38,540 nt of DNA, taken from IMG/VR virus record IMGVR_UViG_3300033076_001295, positions 1 through 38,540 of that record; one strand, 5' to 3'. Source of the DNA: a virus (Duplodnaviria > Caudoviricetes). The position numbers and the translations under genes were made by a program. Of this stretch, positions 18,482 through 28,250 are shown in pieces (the first letter of the stretch is position 1; the number at the start of each line of letters is the position of its first letter). The notes below the pieces were generated by a model. It ran no database searches and was not told the origin of the DNA. It saw nothing but the letters and a program-made list of their open reading frames with translations.

Positions 18482-19483
18482 ATGGCTATTAAGAAAAACG
18501 ATTTCGGTTCATTAAAGAAAAAATTCTCCACATCAGCGAAGTACAAACCACAAAGATTTTTTGATTTGGGTTCTGACTTTTTAGATGCGGTTGGTTTACC
18601 AGGTCCTGCTATTGGACACCTTAATATGTTGTTAGGTCACTCTGACACAGGAAAAACTACAGCATTAGTTAAAACTGCGGTTGATGCTCAGAAGAAAGGA
18701 ATTCTACCTGTATTCATCATTACGGAACAGAAGTGGTCTTTTGAACACGCAAAACTAATGGGATTTGAATGTGAAGAAGTGGTTGACGAAGAAACAGGTG
18801 AACTTGATTGGGACGGGTTTTTTATCTTCAACAATAACTTTGATTATATTGAACAAATTACAGATTATATTAATGATTTGTTAGATGCTCAAGAAAAAGG
18901 AGAGTTAGATTATTCATTATGTTTCTTGTGGGATTCAGTTGGTTCTGTTCCTTGTAAGATGACATATGAAGGTAAAGGTGGTAAACAACACAACGCTTCA
19001 ACACTGGCAGATAAAATCGGTATGGGTATCAACCAAAGAGTTTCAGGTTCACGTAAATCTGATTCTAAATATGAAAATACCCTTATTATTGTAAACCAAC
19101 CTTGGGTTGAATTACCTGATAACCCGTTTGGACAACCTAAAATCAAAGCTAAAGGTGGTGAAGCAATTTGGTTAAACTCATCATTGGTGTTCTTGTTCGG
19201 AAATCAAAAAGGTGCTGGTACAACTAAGATTACCGCAACTAAAGACAAACGAACAGTAAAGTTTGCCACAAGAACAAAAGTATCCGTTATGAAAAACCAC
19301 ATCAACGGACTTGGGTTTGAAGATGGTAGAATTATTGTAACACCACATGGGTTCTTACCGGGTAAAGACACAGCCGAGGAGAAGGCTTCCATAGAAAAGT
19401 ATAAAAAAGAATATGCTGAGTATTGGAAAGAAATAATCGGAGTTGATGGTGACTTTGATTTGAAAGAAGGAAAAGAAGATTAG
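18482..19483 (+). CDS. uvsX: RecA/UvsX-like recombinase
   Basis: Walker A GHSDTGKTT, 'FIITEQ', Walker B 'LWDSVGS', 'IIVNQ' and 'KGGEA' motifs of the RecA family. Confidence 0.85.
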   Translation: MAIKKNDFGSLKKKFSTSAKYKPQRFFDLGSDFLDAVGLPGPAIGHLNMLLGHSDTGKTTALVKTAVDAQKKGILPVFIITEQKWSFEHAKLMGFECEEVVDEETGELDWDGFFIFNNNFDYIEQITDYINDLLDAQEKGELDYSLCFLWDSVGSVPCKMTYEGKGGKQHNASTLADKIGMGINQRVSGSRKSDSKYENTLIIVNQPWVELPDNPFGQPKIKAKGGEAIWLNSSLVFLFGNQKGAGTTKITATKDKRTVKFATRTKVSVMKNHINGLGFEDGRIIVTPHGFLPGKDTAEEKASIEKYKKEYAEYWKEIIGVDGDFDLKEGKED

Positions 19484-19504
19484 TAACAATTAAAAAACAA
19501 AAAA

Positions 19505-20512
19505 GTGACAAAAACCTTATTGGTTGATGGAAACAATTTAATTAAAATTGGTTTTCATGGGGTGAAAGACTACTTTCACAACGGACAACATATCGGTGCT
19601 ATTTGGCACTTTTTGAATACTTTAAGAAAGTTCTTAGAAGAAAACAACTATAACAAAGTTGTAGTATTTTGGGATAGTGACACGAACTCATCACAGAGAA
19701 GGTTACTATACCCTAAATACAAATTGAATCGTAAGGACCTTTCAAACGAGTACAAACAAGAATCATACGATGGGCAAAAACAACGTGTCAAACAATATCT
19801 TGAGGAGATGTTTGTAAGACAAGTTGAAGTAGACCATTCTGAGGCTGACGATTTAATTGCTTACTATTGTAAAATTTCTGAAGACGAGAATAAAACTATA
19901 TTCTCAAGTGATAGAGACCTTACACAGCTTATATCTGAAAAGGTTTCTATCTATTCACCATCCGCAAAAAGATATTATAAGAATGGGGATACAATCAAAA
20001 TGAGTGATTTTGAAGTTCCCCATTATAATGTCAAAACAATCAAAATTCTTACCGGTGATAGTTCGGACAATATCGATGGTATTTTCTATTTAGGTGAAAA
20101 AACATTATTTAAGTTTTTTCCTGAGATACTTGAAAAACCTGTCGATTATACCGATATTCTATCTAAGGGAGAAGAACTTCTTAAAGAATATAAAGACAAC
20201 AAATCACTACAAAATCTTTTGTCAGGAAAAACAAAAGAAGGGATTTTTGGTGATGAATATTACGAAATCAATAAAAAACTTATTGATTTGAGTAATCCCT
20301 TAATCACACAAGAAGGAATGGACTTAGTTGAGTCATACTACTCAGAATCATTAGACCCTGATGGGAGAGGATATAAAAACCTTATTCGAATGATGATGGA
20401 AGACGGACTATTTAAGTACTTACCCAAAGTAGATGATGGTTGGATATATTTTTTGAAACCATTTTTAAAGTTAACAAGAAAAGAAAAGTCAAAATTCAAA
20501 AACAAAAAGTAA
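19505..20512 (+). CDS. 5'-3' exonuclease / flap endonuclease (T4 RNase H or PolI N-terminal-like)
   Basis: 'LLVDGNNL', 'YPKYKLNR', 'EADDLIA', 'SSDRDLTQL' and 'LTGDSSDNIDGI..LGEKT' motifs; GTG start. Confidence 0.9.
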   Translation: MTKTLLVDGNNLIKIGFHGVKDYFHNGQHIGAIWHFLNTLRKFLEENNYNKVVVFWDSDTNSSQRRLLYPKYKLNRKDLSNEYKQESYDGQKQRVKQYLEEMFVRQVEVDHSEADDLIAYYCKISEDENKTIFSSDRDLTQLISEKVSIYSPSAKRYYKNGDTIKMSDFEVPHYNVKTIKILTGDSSDNIDGIFYLGEKTLFKFFPEILEKPVDYTDILSKGEELLKEYKDNKSLQNLLSGKTKEGIFGDEYYEINKKLIDLSNPLITQEGMDLVESYYSESLDPDGRGYKNLIRMMMEDGLFKYLPKVDDGWIYFLKPFLKLTRKEKSKFKNKK

Positions 20513-20516
20513 AATT

Positions 20517-20969
20517 ATGAAAGAACAAAACGACGTAACTAAAGTTGAATTTCTTATCACACTAAATGACAACTTTGTAGTACAAAGATTCTTCAACGTA
20601 AAAGGATTTAACCAACGTGCTAAATCAAGTGTTGAACTTATGTCATACATGTTTCAACTACGTGAAGAATTAAAAACCAAACTTAGAAACAAATGTGTGG
20701 TTTATATGTTGGAAAATAGATTCCAAATTGAAGAAGATTCAACTGTGTTGGAAACATCAAATACGGACGGACCCGAAGTGTTTAATATCATTTTAAGATT
20801 AGGAAATGAGACAATTTGTCATCATACTATAGATGCTAAATTGTACCCACCAAAGGTAAGATATACGCTGGATGTACGACCAACCATAAAAAATGTATTA
20901 AGAGAGCTAACTGACATTTTTTCAGCTAAAAATTTATCTTACGATTACTTGAACTATTCGTTAGCTTAA
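20517..20969 (+). CDS. Hypothetical protein in the replication cluster
   Basis: 150-aa ORF packed between the exonuclease and helicase genes; no recognisable motif. Confidence 0.75.
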   Translation: MKEQNDVTKVEFLITLNDNFVVQRFFNVKGFNQRAKSSVELMSYMFQLREELKTKLRNKCVVYMLENRFQIEEDSTVLETSNTDGPEVFNIILRLGNETICHHTIDAKLYPPKVRYTLDVRPTIKNVLRELTDIFSAKNLSYDYLNYSLA

Positions 20970-20972
20970 CCA

Positions 20973-20979
20973 TATTTAT
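20973..20979 (+). promoter_or_regulatory. TATTTAT motif upstream of the helicase gene
   Basis: Intergenic TATTTAT 29 nt before the ATG at 21009. Confidence 0.4.
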
Positions 20980-21008
20980 CATATACAAAAAGAAAAAAAT
21001 CATAGAAT

Positions 21009-22388
21009 ATGTCAGACAAAAGAAGCTTTGGATACTTAGGAAATACCTTTCAAATTCAGTTATTAAACAATATCATTTTATATAAGGATTTCTCTAATTC
21101 CATTCTTGAAGTTATTGACCCACATTACTTTGATAATCAATATTTTCGTATCATTTGTCAGATGATAAAGGAGTATTATTCAAAATATGAACATACCCCA
21201 ACATTTGACACATTAGAACAACTCACGAAATCGGAAATTACCTCTCCAATGGCTCAGAAGAGTGTTTTGGATACTTTGACCCAAGTTAAAGACGTATCTG
21301 ATGATGGTTCATCCTTCGTACAAGAAAAGTCATTAAAGTTCTGTAAACAACAAGAATTACAGAAGGTAATGACTAAAGCTCAATCAATCATCGATAAAGG
21401 TGATTTTGAAAGTTATGACCACTTAGAAGAAATGGTCAGAGGGGCTTTACAGGTGGGTGAAGTAGACAAAGGAACAACCGATGTTTTCTTCAACCTTGAT
21501 GAGGTTTTGGATGATGATTATAGACACCCAATTCCAATTGGAGTACCAGGTATCGATAATCTATTAAAGGGTGGTTTGGCAAAAGGAGAAATTGGCGTTA
21601 TCTTAGCACCTACAGGTGTTGGAAAATCAACATTCACTACAAAAATTGCAAACCACGCATTCAATTTAGGGTATAATGTTTTACAGATATTTTTTGAGGA
21701 CAACCCAAAAATTATCCAAAGAAAACACATTACACTTTGGACTGGTATCCACCCTGATGATTTAACCGAAAACAAAGAGGATGTAGTCAATAGAGTTAAA
21801 CACATCCAATCAACAAGAAAAAATAAATTGATATTGAAAAAACTTCCATCAGATACGGTCACTATGAACCAGATTAAAAATCAGGTTAGAAAGATGATTG
21901 CTGAGGGGACAAAAGTAGATATGATTATCTTGGATTATATTGATTGTGTTGTACCTGATAAAATGTTAGGTGACGAATGGAAGAGTGAGGGTTCAGTAAT
22001 GAGAGCATTTGAAGCAATGTGTCATGAATTGGATATTGCAGGATGGACGGCAACACAAGGTAATCGTAACTCAATATCATCAGATGTGGTTACTACTGAC
22101 CAAATGGGTGGGTCAATTAAAAAGGCTCAAGTTGGTCACGTTATTATTACGGTTGCTAAAAGTTTACAACAAAAAGAAATGAACTTGGCAACAATAGCGA
22201 TTACAAAATCAAGAATCGGAAAAGACGGTATTGTGTTTGAAAACTGTAAGTTTGATAATGGAATGCTTGAAATCGATACAGAACAAAGTGTTACTTTCTT
22301 AGGTTTAGAAGAACAAAAAGAAGAAAGAAATAGAAGTAGAATCAAAGAGCTTTTAGAAAAGAAAAAGCAAAAAGAACAACAATCTTAA
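21009..22388 (+). CDS. Replicative DNA helicase, DnaB / T4 gp41-like
   Basis: Walker A APTGVGKST, 'MIILDYID', 'WTATQGNR' and 'KSRIG' motifs of SF4 helicases. Confidence 0.9.
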   Translation: MSDKRSFGYLGNTFQIQLLNNIILYKDFSNSILEVIDPHYFDNQYFRIICQMIKEYYSKYEHTPTFDTLEQLTKSEITSPMAQKSVLDTLTQVKDVSDDGSSFVQEKSLKFCKQQELQKVMTKAQSIIDKGDFESYDHLEEMVRGALQVGEVDKGTTDVFFNLDEVLDDDYRHPIPIGVPGIDNLLKGGLAKGEIGVILAPTGVGKSTFTTKIANHAFNLGYNVLQIFFEDNPKIIQRKHITLWTGIHPDDLTENKEDVVNRVKHIQSTRKNKLILKKLPSDTVTMNQIKNQVRKMIAEGTKVDMIILDYIDCVVPDKMLGDEWKSEGSVMRAFEAMCHELDIAGWTATQGNRNSISSDVVTTDQMGGSIKKAQVGHVIITVAKSLQQKEMNLATIAITKSRIGKDGIVFENCKFDNGMLEIDTEQSVTFLGLEEQKEERNRSRIKELLEKKKQKEQQS

Positions 22389-22402
22389 ATTAATTAAAAA
22401 TT

Positions 22403-23350
22403 ATGGAAAAAATACTAACAGAAAACCCTGGTCGCTTCGTCATCTTCCCTATCGAACACAATGATATATGGGAATATTACAAGCAACACCAAGCGGCATT
22501 TTGGACCGCCGAAGAAGTGGACTTAACCAACGACATTCGTGATTGGGAAAATTTAACAGAGAATGAAAAATATTTCGTAAAAAATGTTCTATCTTTCTTT
22601 GCTGCGTCGGATGGTATTGTAAATGAAAATTTAGCAGAAAACTTCTATAGAGAAGTACAATACCCTGAGGCTAAATTTTTCTACGGGATTCAATTGGCTA
22701 TGGAGAATATTCACTCACTTATGTATTCACTTCTGATTGATACATATATTGGTGACCCTAAAGAAAAGGACGAATGTTTCAACGCGATTGATAGATTACC
22801 TGCTGTTCAAAAGAAAGCAAAATGGGCTTTAGATTGGATTGAAAATGCATCTTTTGCGGAACGATTAGTTGCATTTGCGGCCGTTGAAGGTATTTTCTTT
22901 TCTGGTTCGTTTTGTTCTATCTTCTGGTTAAAATCAAGAGGTATAATGCAAGGATTATGTAACGCTAACTCACTAATCTTTAAAGATGAGAACTTACACT
23001 GTGACTTTGCAATTCACTTATTAAATAACCACTTAGAAGAAAGACCATCAGAAGCAAGAATCAAAGAGATTGTGTTATCTGCTTTGGAAATTGAAAAAGA
23101 ATTTATTACAGAATCTTTACCTGTGTCTTTAATTGGTATGAACTCTAACTTGATGAAACAATACTTGGAGTTTGTCGTTGACGGATTACTTGTAAAAATG
23201 GGTTGTAGTAAAGAGTTCAATGTAGAGCAACCTTTCAAGTTCATGGAACAAATCGCAGTTGAAACAAAAGGTAATTTCTTTGAATCAAGAACGGTTGAGT
23301 ACCAAAAAGCAAAGTTAAACGAAACTATAACATTTACAGACGATTTCTAA
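22403..23350 (+). CDS. nrdB: Ribonucleotide reductase class Ia beta subunit
   Basis: 'FWTAEEVDL', '[13 protein letters not shown]', 'ENIHSLMY', '[10 protein letters not shown]', 'DENLH', '[12 protein letters not shown]' and a C-terminal 'FTDDF'. Confidence 0.97.
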   Translation: MEKILTENPGRFVIFPIEHNDIWEYYKQHQAAFWTAEEVDLTNDIRDWENLTENEKYFVKNVLSFFAASDGIVNENLAENFYREVQYPEAKFFYGIQLAMENIHSLMYSLLIDTYIGDPKEKDECFNAIDRLPAVQKKAKWALDWIENASFAERLVAFAAVEGIFFSGSFCSIFWLKSRGIMQGLCNANSLIFKDENLHCDFAIHLLNNHLEERPSEARIKEIVLSALEIEKEFITESLPVSLIGMNSNLMKQYLEFVVDGLLVKMGCSKEFNVEQPFKFMEQIAVETKGNFFESRTVEYQKAKLNETITFTDDF

Positions 23351-23359
23351 ATTTATAAT

Positions 23360-25786
23360 ATGTCATTAAAAATAATTAAAAGAGCAGGAGACAATGTGGC
23401 ATTTAACCCACAGAAAATTTACAACCGTGTAAAACGTTCGGCGAAAGGTTTGAATGTTAATTCAGACGAAATATTCATTAAAGTAATAACTTCAGTACCA
23501 ACTGAAGGTGAGGTTACCACAAAGGAGTTGGATAAACTTATATATGAAATTGCTGCATCGTATACCGGTAGTCACCACGATTATTCGCGTTTGGCTTCTT
23601 CAGTTGCTATTTCATCTTACCATAAAGAAACTGAAAGTAGTTTTTCAAAAACTATGAAAGAACTTTATGAAGATGGGGTGACACACGAGGAGTTAATTAA
23701 AAAAATTGATGAGTATGGTGAAGAAAATATTGATAAAGTAATTAATCACGATAATGATTACAACTTTGACTACTTCGCTTGGAGGTCATTACAAGAAATG
23801 TACTTATTGAAAAAACCAAACGGTAAAGTAATTGAAAGACCACAACATATGTACATGAGAGTTGCGTTATGGGTTACCGATACTTTTGAAAATGCGGTTG
23901 AATACTACAAATCATTATCTAATCAGTTGATTTCTAAAGCAACACCAATCATGATTAACTCAGGAACAAAAGTTCCGCAGTTAGCATCATGTGTATTACA
24001 TTACAACGATTCAGATTCAAGAGAAGGTTTATTAGGTACTTTAAGAGACATTTCAACATTCTCATCAGACGCTGCGGGAATTGGATTATCTATGTCTAAT
24101 ATTCGTAGTAAAGAAAGTAGAATCTCAACCTCAGGAGGTTATGCTGGTGGACTTTTGAAATACTTAAAAATTGTTAATGAATCACTGAGATTCTTCAATC
24201 AACAAGGACGTAGACCAGGTTCTGCAGCAATTTACTTAGAACCATGGCACAAAGATATTATTGACTTACTTGATATCAAAAAAAATACAGGAGCAGAAGA
24301 ATTAAGAGCACGTGATTTATTTACCGCACTATGGATTCCTGACAACTTTATGAGAGCAGTGAAAAACAATACTGACTGGTATTTGTTCTGTCCTAACGAC
24401 ATTAAGAAAGCGGGATTAAAACCACTACAGGAATGTTATGGTGAAGAGTATGAAGATGTTTACAATACTGCAGTTAGAATGGGGTTAGGTAAAAAAGTTT
24501 CAGCTCAAACTATTTGGACTAAAGTAATTGAATCACAAGTTGAAACTGGAGTTCCTTATCTTTGTTCTAAAGATAATGCGAATAAAAAGACAAACCACCA
24601 AAATATTGGGGTCATCAAACAATCAAATCTTTGTAATGAGATTTATCAATACACCGATGAAAAAACTACAGCGATATGTACACTTTCATCTATGGTGTTG
24701 AAAAATTTTGTAAACGGAAATAAGTTTGATTTTGAAAGACTTTTTGACGAAGTTAGAAAAGTTGTAAGAGCACTTAACAAAGTCGTAGACATCAATAACT
24801 ACTCAACAGAAAAAGGTAAGAAAGGTGGATTAGAGCAAAGAGCAATTGCAATCGGAACACAAGGTTTGGCTGACGTATTCTACCTTATGGATTATATTTT
24901 TACATCAGACGAAGCTAAAAAGTTAAATAAAGATATTTTTGAAACAATTTACTTCGCCGCTGTTTATGAAAGTAACCAACTTTGTAAAGAAGGGAAATAC
25001 CAACCATATTCATTATTTGATGGGTCACCGATGTCCAAAGGTATATTTCAGTACGATATGTGGGGACTAAATGAAGACAATTTATCAGGAATGTGGGATT
25101 GGAAAGAATTAAAAGAAAATGTACAAAGATATGGTATCTGTAATTCATTATTTACCGCACAAATGCCTGTGGCATCTTCAGCTAAGATTACAGGTTCATT
25201 TGAAATGACTGAACCGGCACACTCGGCTTTATTTAATAGACGTGTTGTTGGAGGTGAGATTATGATTGTAAACAAATACCTAATCAATGATTTTGAAAAG
25301 ATTGGTATTTGGTGTGAAGATTTGAAAAATGAAATCATAATTAATGAAGGGTCAATTCAAAATATTAACTTCAATAATTACTTAGACCCTGAGGATAAAA
25401 ATTACAATAAGAAAGTTAAACGAATTGAACATTTAATACCTAAGTACAAAACAATTTGGGAGATTTCACAAAAACAACTTATTGATATGGCGGCGGAAAG
25501 AGCACCATTTATTGACCAATCACAATCAATGAATATCTATATGTCTAACCCAACCTTATCAAAAATAACATCATCACATTTCCATTCATGGGAAAGTGGA
25601 CTTAAAACACTATGTTATTATGTGAGAACTAAGGCTATCTCAACAGGAGCAAAACACTTAGCGTTGGATATGACCAAAAAACAAAAACCTGTTAATGTTG
25701 AAGTACCAAAAGTAGAATACTCAAATATGAATTTACCACCAAAACCCGATAATTCAGAGTTTGATTGTTTTGGTTGTTCCTCATAA
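23360..25786 (+). CDS. nrdA: Ribonucleotide reductase class Ia alpha subunit with an N-terminal ATP cone
   Basis: ATP cone 'IIKRAG....FNPQKI', 'ERPQHMYMRVA', 'QLASC', 'SNLCNEI', 'MPVASSA', 'KTLCYYVRT' and a C-terminal CxxC (CFGC). Confidence 0.97.
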   Translation: MSLKIIKRAGDNVAFNPQKIYNRVKRSAKGLNVNSDEIFIKVITSVPTEGEVTTKELDKLIYEIAASYTGSHHDYSRLASSVAISSYHKETESSFSKTMKELYEDGVTHEELIKKIDEYGEENIDKVINHDNDYNFDYFAWRSLQEMYLLKKPNGKVIERPQHMYMRVALWVTDTFENAVEYYKSLSNQLISKATPIMINSGTKVPQLASCVLHYNDSDSREGLLGTLRDISTFSSDAAGIGLSMSNIRSKESRISTSGGYAGGLLKYLKIVNESLRFFNQQGRRPGSAAIYLEPWHKDIIDLLDIKKNTGAEELRARDLFTALWIPDNFMRAVKNNTDWYLFCPNDIKKAGLKPLQECYGEEYEDVYNTAVRMGLGKKVSAQTIWTKVIESQVETGVPYLCSKDNANKKTNHQNIGVIKQSNLCNEIYQYTDEKTTAICTLSSMVLKNFVNGNKFDFERLFDEVRKVVRALNKVVDINNYSTEKGKKGGLEQRAIAIGTQGLADVFYLMDYIFTSDEAKKLNKDIFETIYFAAVYESNQLCKEGKYQPYSLFDGSPMSKGIFQYDMWGLNEDNLSGMWDWKELKENVQRYGICNSLFTAQMPVASSAKITGSFEMTEPAHSALFNRRVVGGEIMIVNKYLINDFEKIGIWCEDLKNEIIINEGSIQNINFNNYLDPEDKNYNKKVKRIEHLIPKYKTIWEISQKQLIDMAAERAPFIDQSQSMNIYMSNPTLSKITSSHFHSWESGLKTLCYYVRTKAISTGAKHLALDMTKKQKPVNVEVPKVEYSNMNLPPKPDNSEFDCFGCSS

Positions 25787-25796
25787 TCACGACACT

Positions 25797-25823
25797 AATC
25801 CCGACACAATGTCGGGATTTTTT
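25797..25823 (+). terminator. Rho-independent terminator ending the replication island
   Basis: Perfect 10-bp stem AATCCCGACA / TGTCGGGATT with loop CAA, followed by a T tract. Confidence 0.85.
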
Positions 25824-25833
25824 ATTTTATAAC

Positions 25834-25867
25834 TATTTATTGAAAATATCGCGACACTATATTTATA
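25834..25867 (+). promoter_or_regulatory. Two TATTTAT late-promoter-like motifs upstream of the gp25-like gene
   Basis: TATTTAT at 25834-25840 and 25860-25866; ATG at 25872. Confidence 0.55.
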
Positions 25868-25871
25868 TCAT

Positions 25872-26336
25872 ATGGCAAATGGTATTACATATGGTATAAA
25901 TTTTCCCTTTCTACAAAGTCCAAAAGGAAATTACCTTAGATTAACTGAAACAACTGATGAAGAAATAAGAACTGATTTAGTTCATTTGCTTCTTACAAGA
26001 CGTGGTAGTAGATATTTTTTACCTGATTTTGGTACAAGACTGTATGAGTATATTTTTGAACCGTTAGATGGTGCAACATTTGAAGATATTAGAAGTGAAA
26101 TTGAAGAGCAAATAAGTAAGTATATTCCTAACTTAACAATCAATAGTATCACAATTGAACCATATACTGACACCGATGAAGTACAGGGACAACTAGATTA
26201 TGAATTATTAGGGCAGGCTAGTATTTATCGTATACCAGGGGCAAATACTGTAGAGTATAGTGCAAAAATAAAGATTGACTATACAAATGAAAATAAGGCA
26301 TTTGGAAGTAGACAATTCGTAATTATTAATATATAA
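25872..26336 (+). CDS. Baseplate wedge subunit, T4 gp25-like
   Basis: 'IRTDLVHLLLTRRGSRYFLPDFGTRLYEYIFEP' is the gp25/GPW signature. Confidence 0.9.
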   Translation: MANGITYGINFPFLQSPKGNYLRLTETTDEEIRTDLVHLLLTRRGSRYFLPDFGTRLYEYIFEPLDGATFEDIRSEIEEQISKYIPNLTINSITIEPYTDTDEVQGQLDYELLGQASIYRIPGANTVEYSAKIKIDYTNENKAFGSRQFVIINI

Positions 26337-26337
26337 G

Positions 26338-28176
26338 ATGGCAAATAATAAAATTAATTATACTGACAGAGACTTTGAATCGTTAAGGGACGGACTAATA
26401 AATTATACAAAACAATATTACCCTGAACTAATACAAAACTTTAACGACGCGTCTGTATTTTCAGTATTGATGGATTTGAACGCAGCCGTTGCCGACAATT
26501 TACATTATCACATTGATAGGAGTATACAAGAAACCGTCCTACAATATGCACAACAAAAATCATCAATTTTTAATATAGCGAGAACTTATGGTTTGAAAAT
26601 ACCAGGATATAGACCCTCTGTTGCTGTGGTTGATATATCAATTACGGTACCACCTCTTGGTGATGCTGAGGATTATAGATATTTAGGTATATTAAGAGCG
26701 GGGTCCCAATTTAACGGAGGAGGGACTAGTTTTGAAACTGTTTATGATATAGATTTTGCAACTCAATACAACCAAGAAGGGTATGTAAACAGAACCAAAA
26801 TCCCAACTTTTGATAATAATAACAAAATTATAAACTACGTGATTACCAAAAGAGAAGTTGTTGTGAATGGTACAACAAAAGTTTTCAAACGAGTAATCAA
26901 TCCTTCTGATGTTGTTCCTTTCTTTAATTTCTTTCTACCTGAAAGAAATGTATTAGGTGTTAACGCTATTATACAAAAAGATGGAACAAATTATCCAAAC
27001 GTACCCAACTATACTGAATTTGCAACTTCAACAAATAGATGGTATGAAGTTGATGCTTTGGCTGAAGATACGGTTTTTATAGAAGACCCAACAAAACCTA
27101 CAGACCAAGCGGGAAATAAAGTGGGTAAATATATTAAAACAGATAACAGGTTTATTACTGAATATACACCTGAAGGTTTTATGAAAGTTCAGTTCGGTGC
27201 TGGTACAACAACACCAAACGTACAATTGGCGAACTTTGCAAAAAATGGAATCAGATTAGATTTAGCTAACTACCAAAACAATATTGGTTTAGGTTTAACG
27301 GTTCAACCAAATACCACACTATTTGTACAATATAGAACAGGAGGTGGATTGGCGTCTAATGTTGGCGTTGGTGTAATTAATCAAGTCGGTACGATAGATT
27401 TTGCAGTTACAGGACCATCGGATACAATCAACTCTAACGTCGTAAACTCATTGGTAATCAATAATGTTACTGCTGCGATTGGAGGGGCAAATCCACCGTC
27501 TACCGAGGAAGTTAGAAATATGGTGGCATTTAATTTTGCGGCACAGAAAAGAGCGGTGACAGTAAACGACTACAAATCATTAATTGATACGATGCCAGGT
27601 AAGTTTGGGGCACCTGCAAAAGTTGCAATTACCGAAAACAACAACAAAATTTCCATTCAAATTTTATCATATGACCAAAATGGTAAATTAACACAAACCG
27701 TTTCAAATGTGTTAAAAAGTAATTTAGCAACTTATCTTTCAAAATACCGTATGATTAATGACTATATATCGATTGATGTTGCTAAAGTTATTGATTTATC
27801 TTTTGAAATTTATGTAGTGTTAGAATCAAATGTTAATAGAGGTCAAGTAATTACAGAAGTCATCAATCAAATTGCTAATTACATGGCACCTGAAAATCGT
27901 GATTTAGGTCAAAATGTAAATGTTTCTGACGTAAGAAGACTAATACAAAACACGGCAGGAGTTTTGACTTTAAGTGATTTGAAAGTATTCAATCTAGTTG
28001 GAGGACAATATTCAACATCAGAAACATCACAAAGGTACATAGATAAAACAACAAGACAGATTCAACTAATTGATGATACTATATATGCTGAACCCACACA
28101 AGTATATCAAGTAAGGTTCGATAACAAAGATATTAAGGTATTTGTTAAAAATTTATCTACGGTAGATTTCTCCTAA
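26338..28176 (+). CDS. Baseplate wedge subunit, T4 gp6-like (baseplate J family)
   Basis: 'YTDRDFESLRDGLINY', 'AQQKSSIFNIARTYG', 'VQFGAG', 'YRTGGG..SN' and 'QKRAVTVNDY'; follows gp25. Confidence 0.88.
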   Translation: MANNKINYTDRDFESLRDGLINYTKQYYPELIQNFNDASVFSVLMDLNAAVADNLHYHIDRSIQETVLQYAQQKSSIFNIARTYGLKIPGYRPSVAVVDISITVPPLGDAEDYRYLGILRAGSQFNGGGTSFETVYDIDFATQYNQEGYVNRTKIPTFDNNNKIINYVITKREVVVNGTTKVFKRVINPSDVVPFFNFFLPERNVLGVNAIIQKDGTNYPNVPNYTEFATSTNRWYEVDALAEDTVFIEDPTKPTDQAGNKVGKYIKTDNRFITEYTPEGFMKVQFGAGTTTPNVQLANFAKNGIRLDLANYQNNIGLGLTVQPNTTLFVQYRTGGGLASNVGVGVINQVGTIDFAVTGPSDTINSNVVNSLVINNVTAAIGGANPPSTEEVRNMVAFNFAAQKRAVTVNDYKSLIDTMPGKFGAPAKVAITENNNKISIQILSYDQNGKLTQTVSNVLKSNLATYLSKYRMINDYISIDVAKVIDLSFEIYVVLESNVNRGQVITEVINQIANYMAPENRDLGQNVNVSDVRRLIQNTAGVLTLSDLKVFNLVGGQYSTSETSQRYIDKTTRQIQLIDDTIYAEPTQVYQVRFDNKDIKVFVKNLSTVDFS

Positions 28177-28179
28177 GAT

Positions 28180-28237
28180 TATTTATTTCCACAAGGTCTA
28201 ACCTATTTTACTTAAAATGGGCAAAATAACTATTTAT
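28180..28237 (+). promoter_or_regulatory. Two TATTTAT late-promoter-like motifs
   Basis: TATTTAT at 28180-28186 and 28231-28237, the latter 13 nt before the ATG at 28251. Confidence 0.55.
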
Positions 28238-28250
28238 TTCTAAAAGACTA

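Noticed and set aside
18482-25786. Inteins, group I introns or homing endonucleases in uvsX, helicase, nrdB or nrdA
   Set aside because: All ORFs are continuous and of normal length, with no splice or LAGLIDADG/HNH motifs seen.
25872-28176. Bacterial contractile injection system or T6SS instead of a phage
   Set aside because: The baseplate genes are interleaved with phage-type replication genes (gp32, UvsX, gp41-like), and no T6SS membrane-complex or eCIS ATPase genes are present.
28202-28221. Hairpin CCTATTTTA-CT-TAAAATGGG between gp6 and the next gene
   Set aside because: AT-rich weak stem with no following T tract; not supportable as a terminator.
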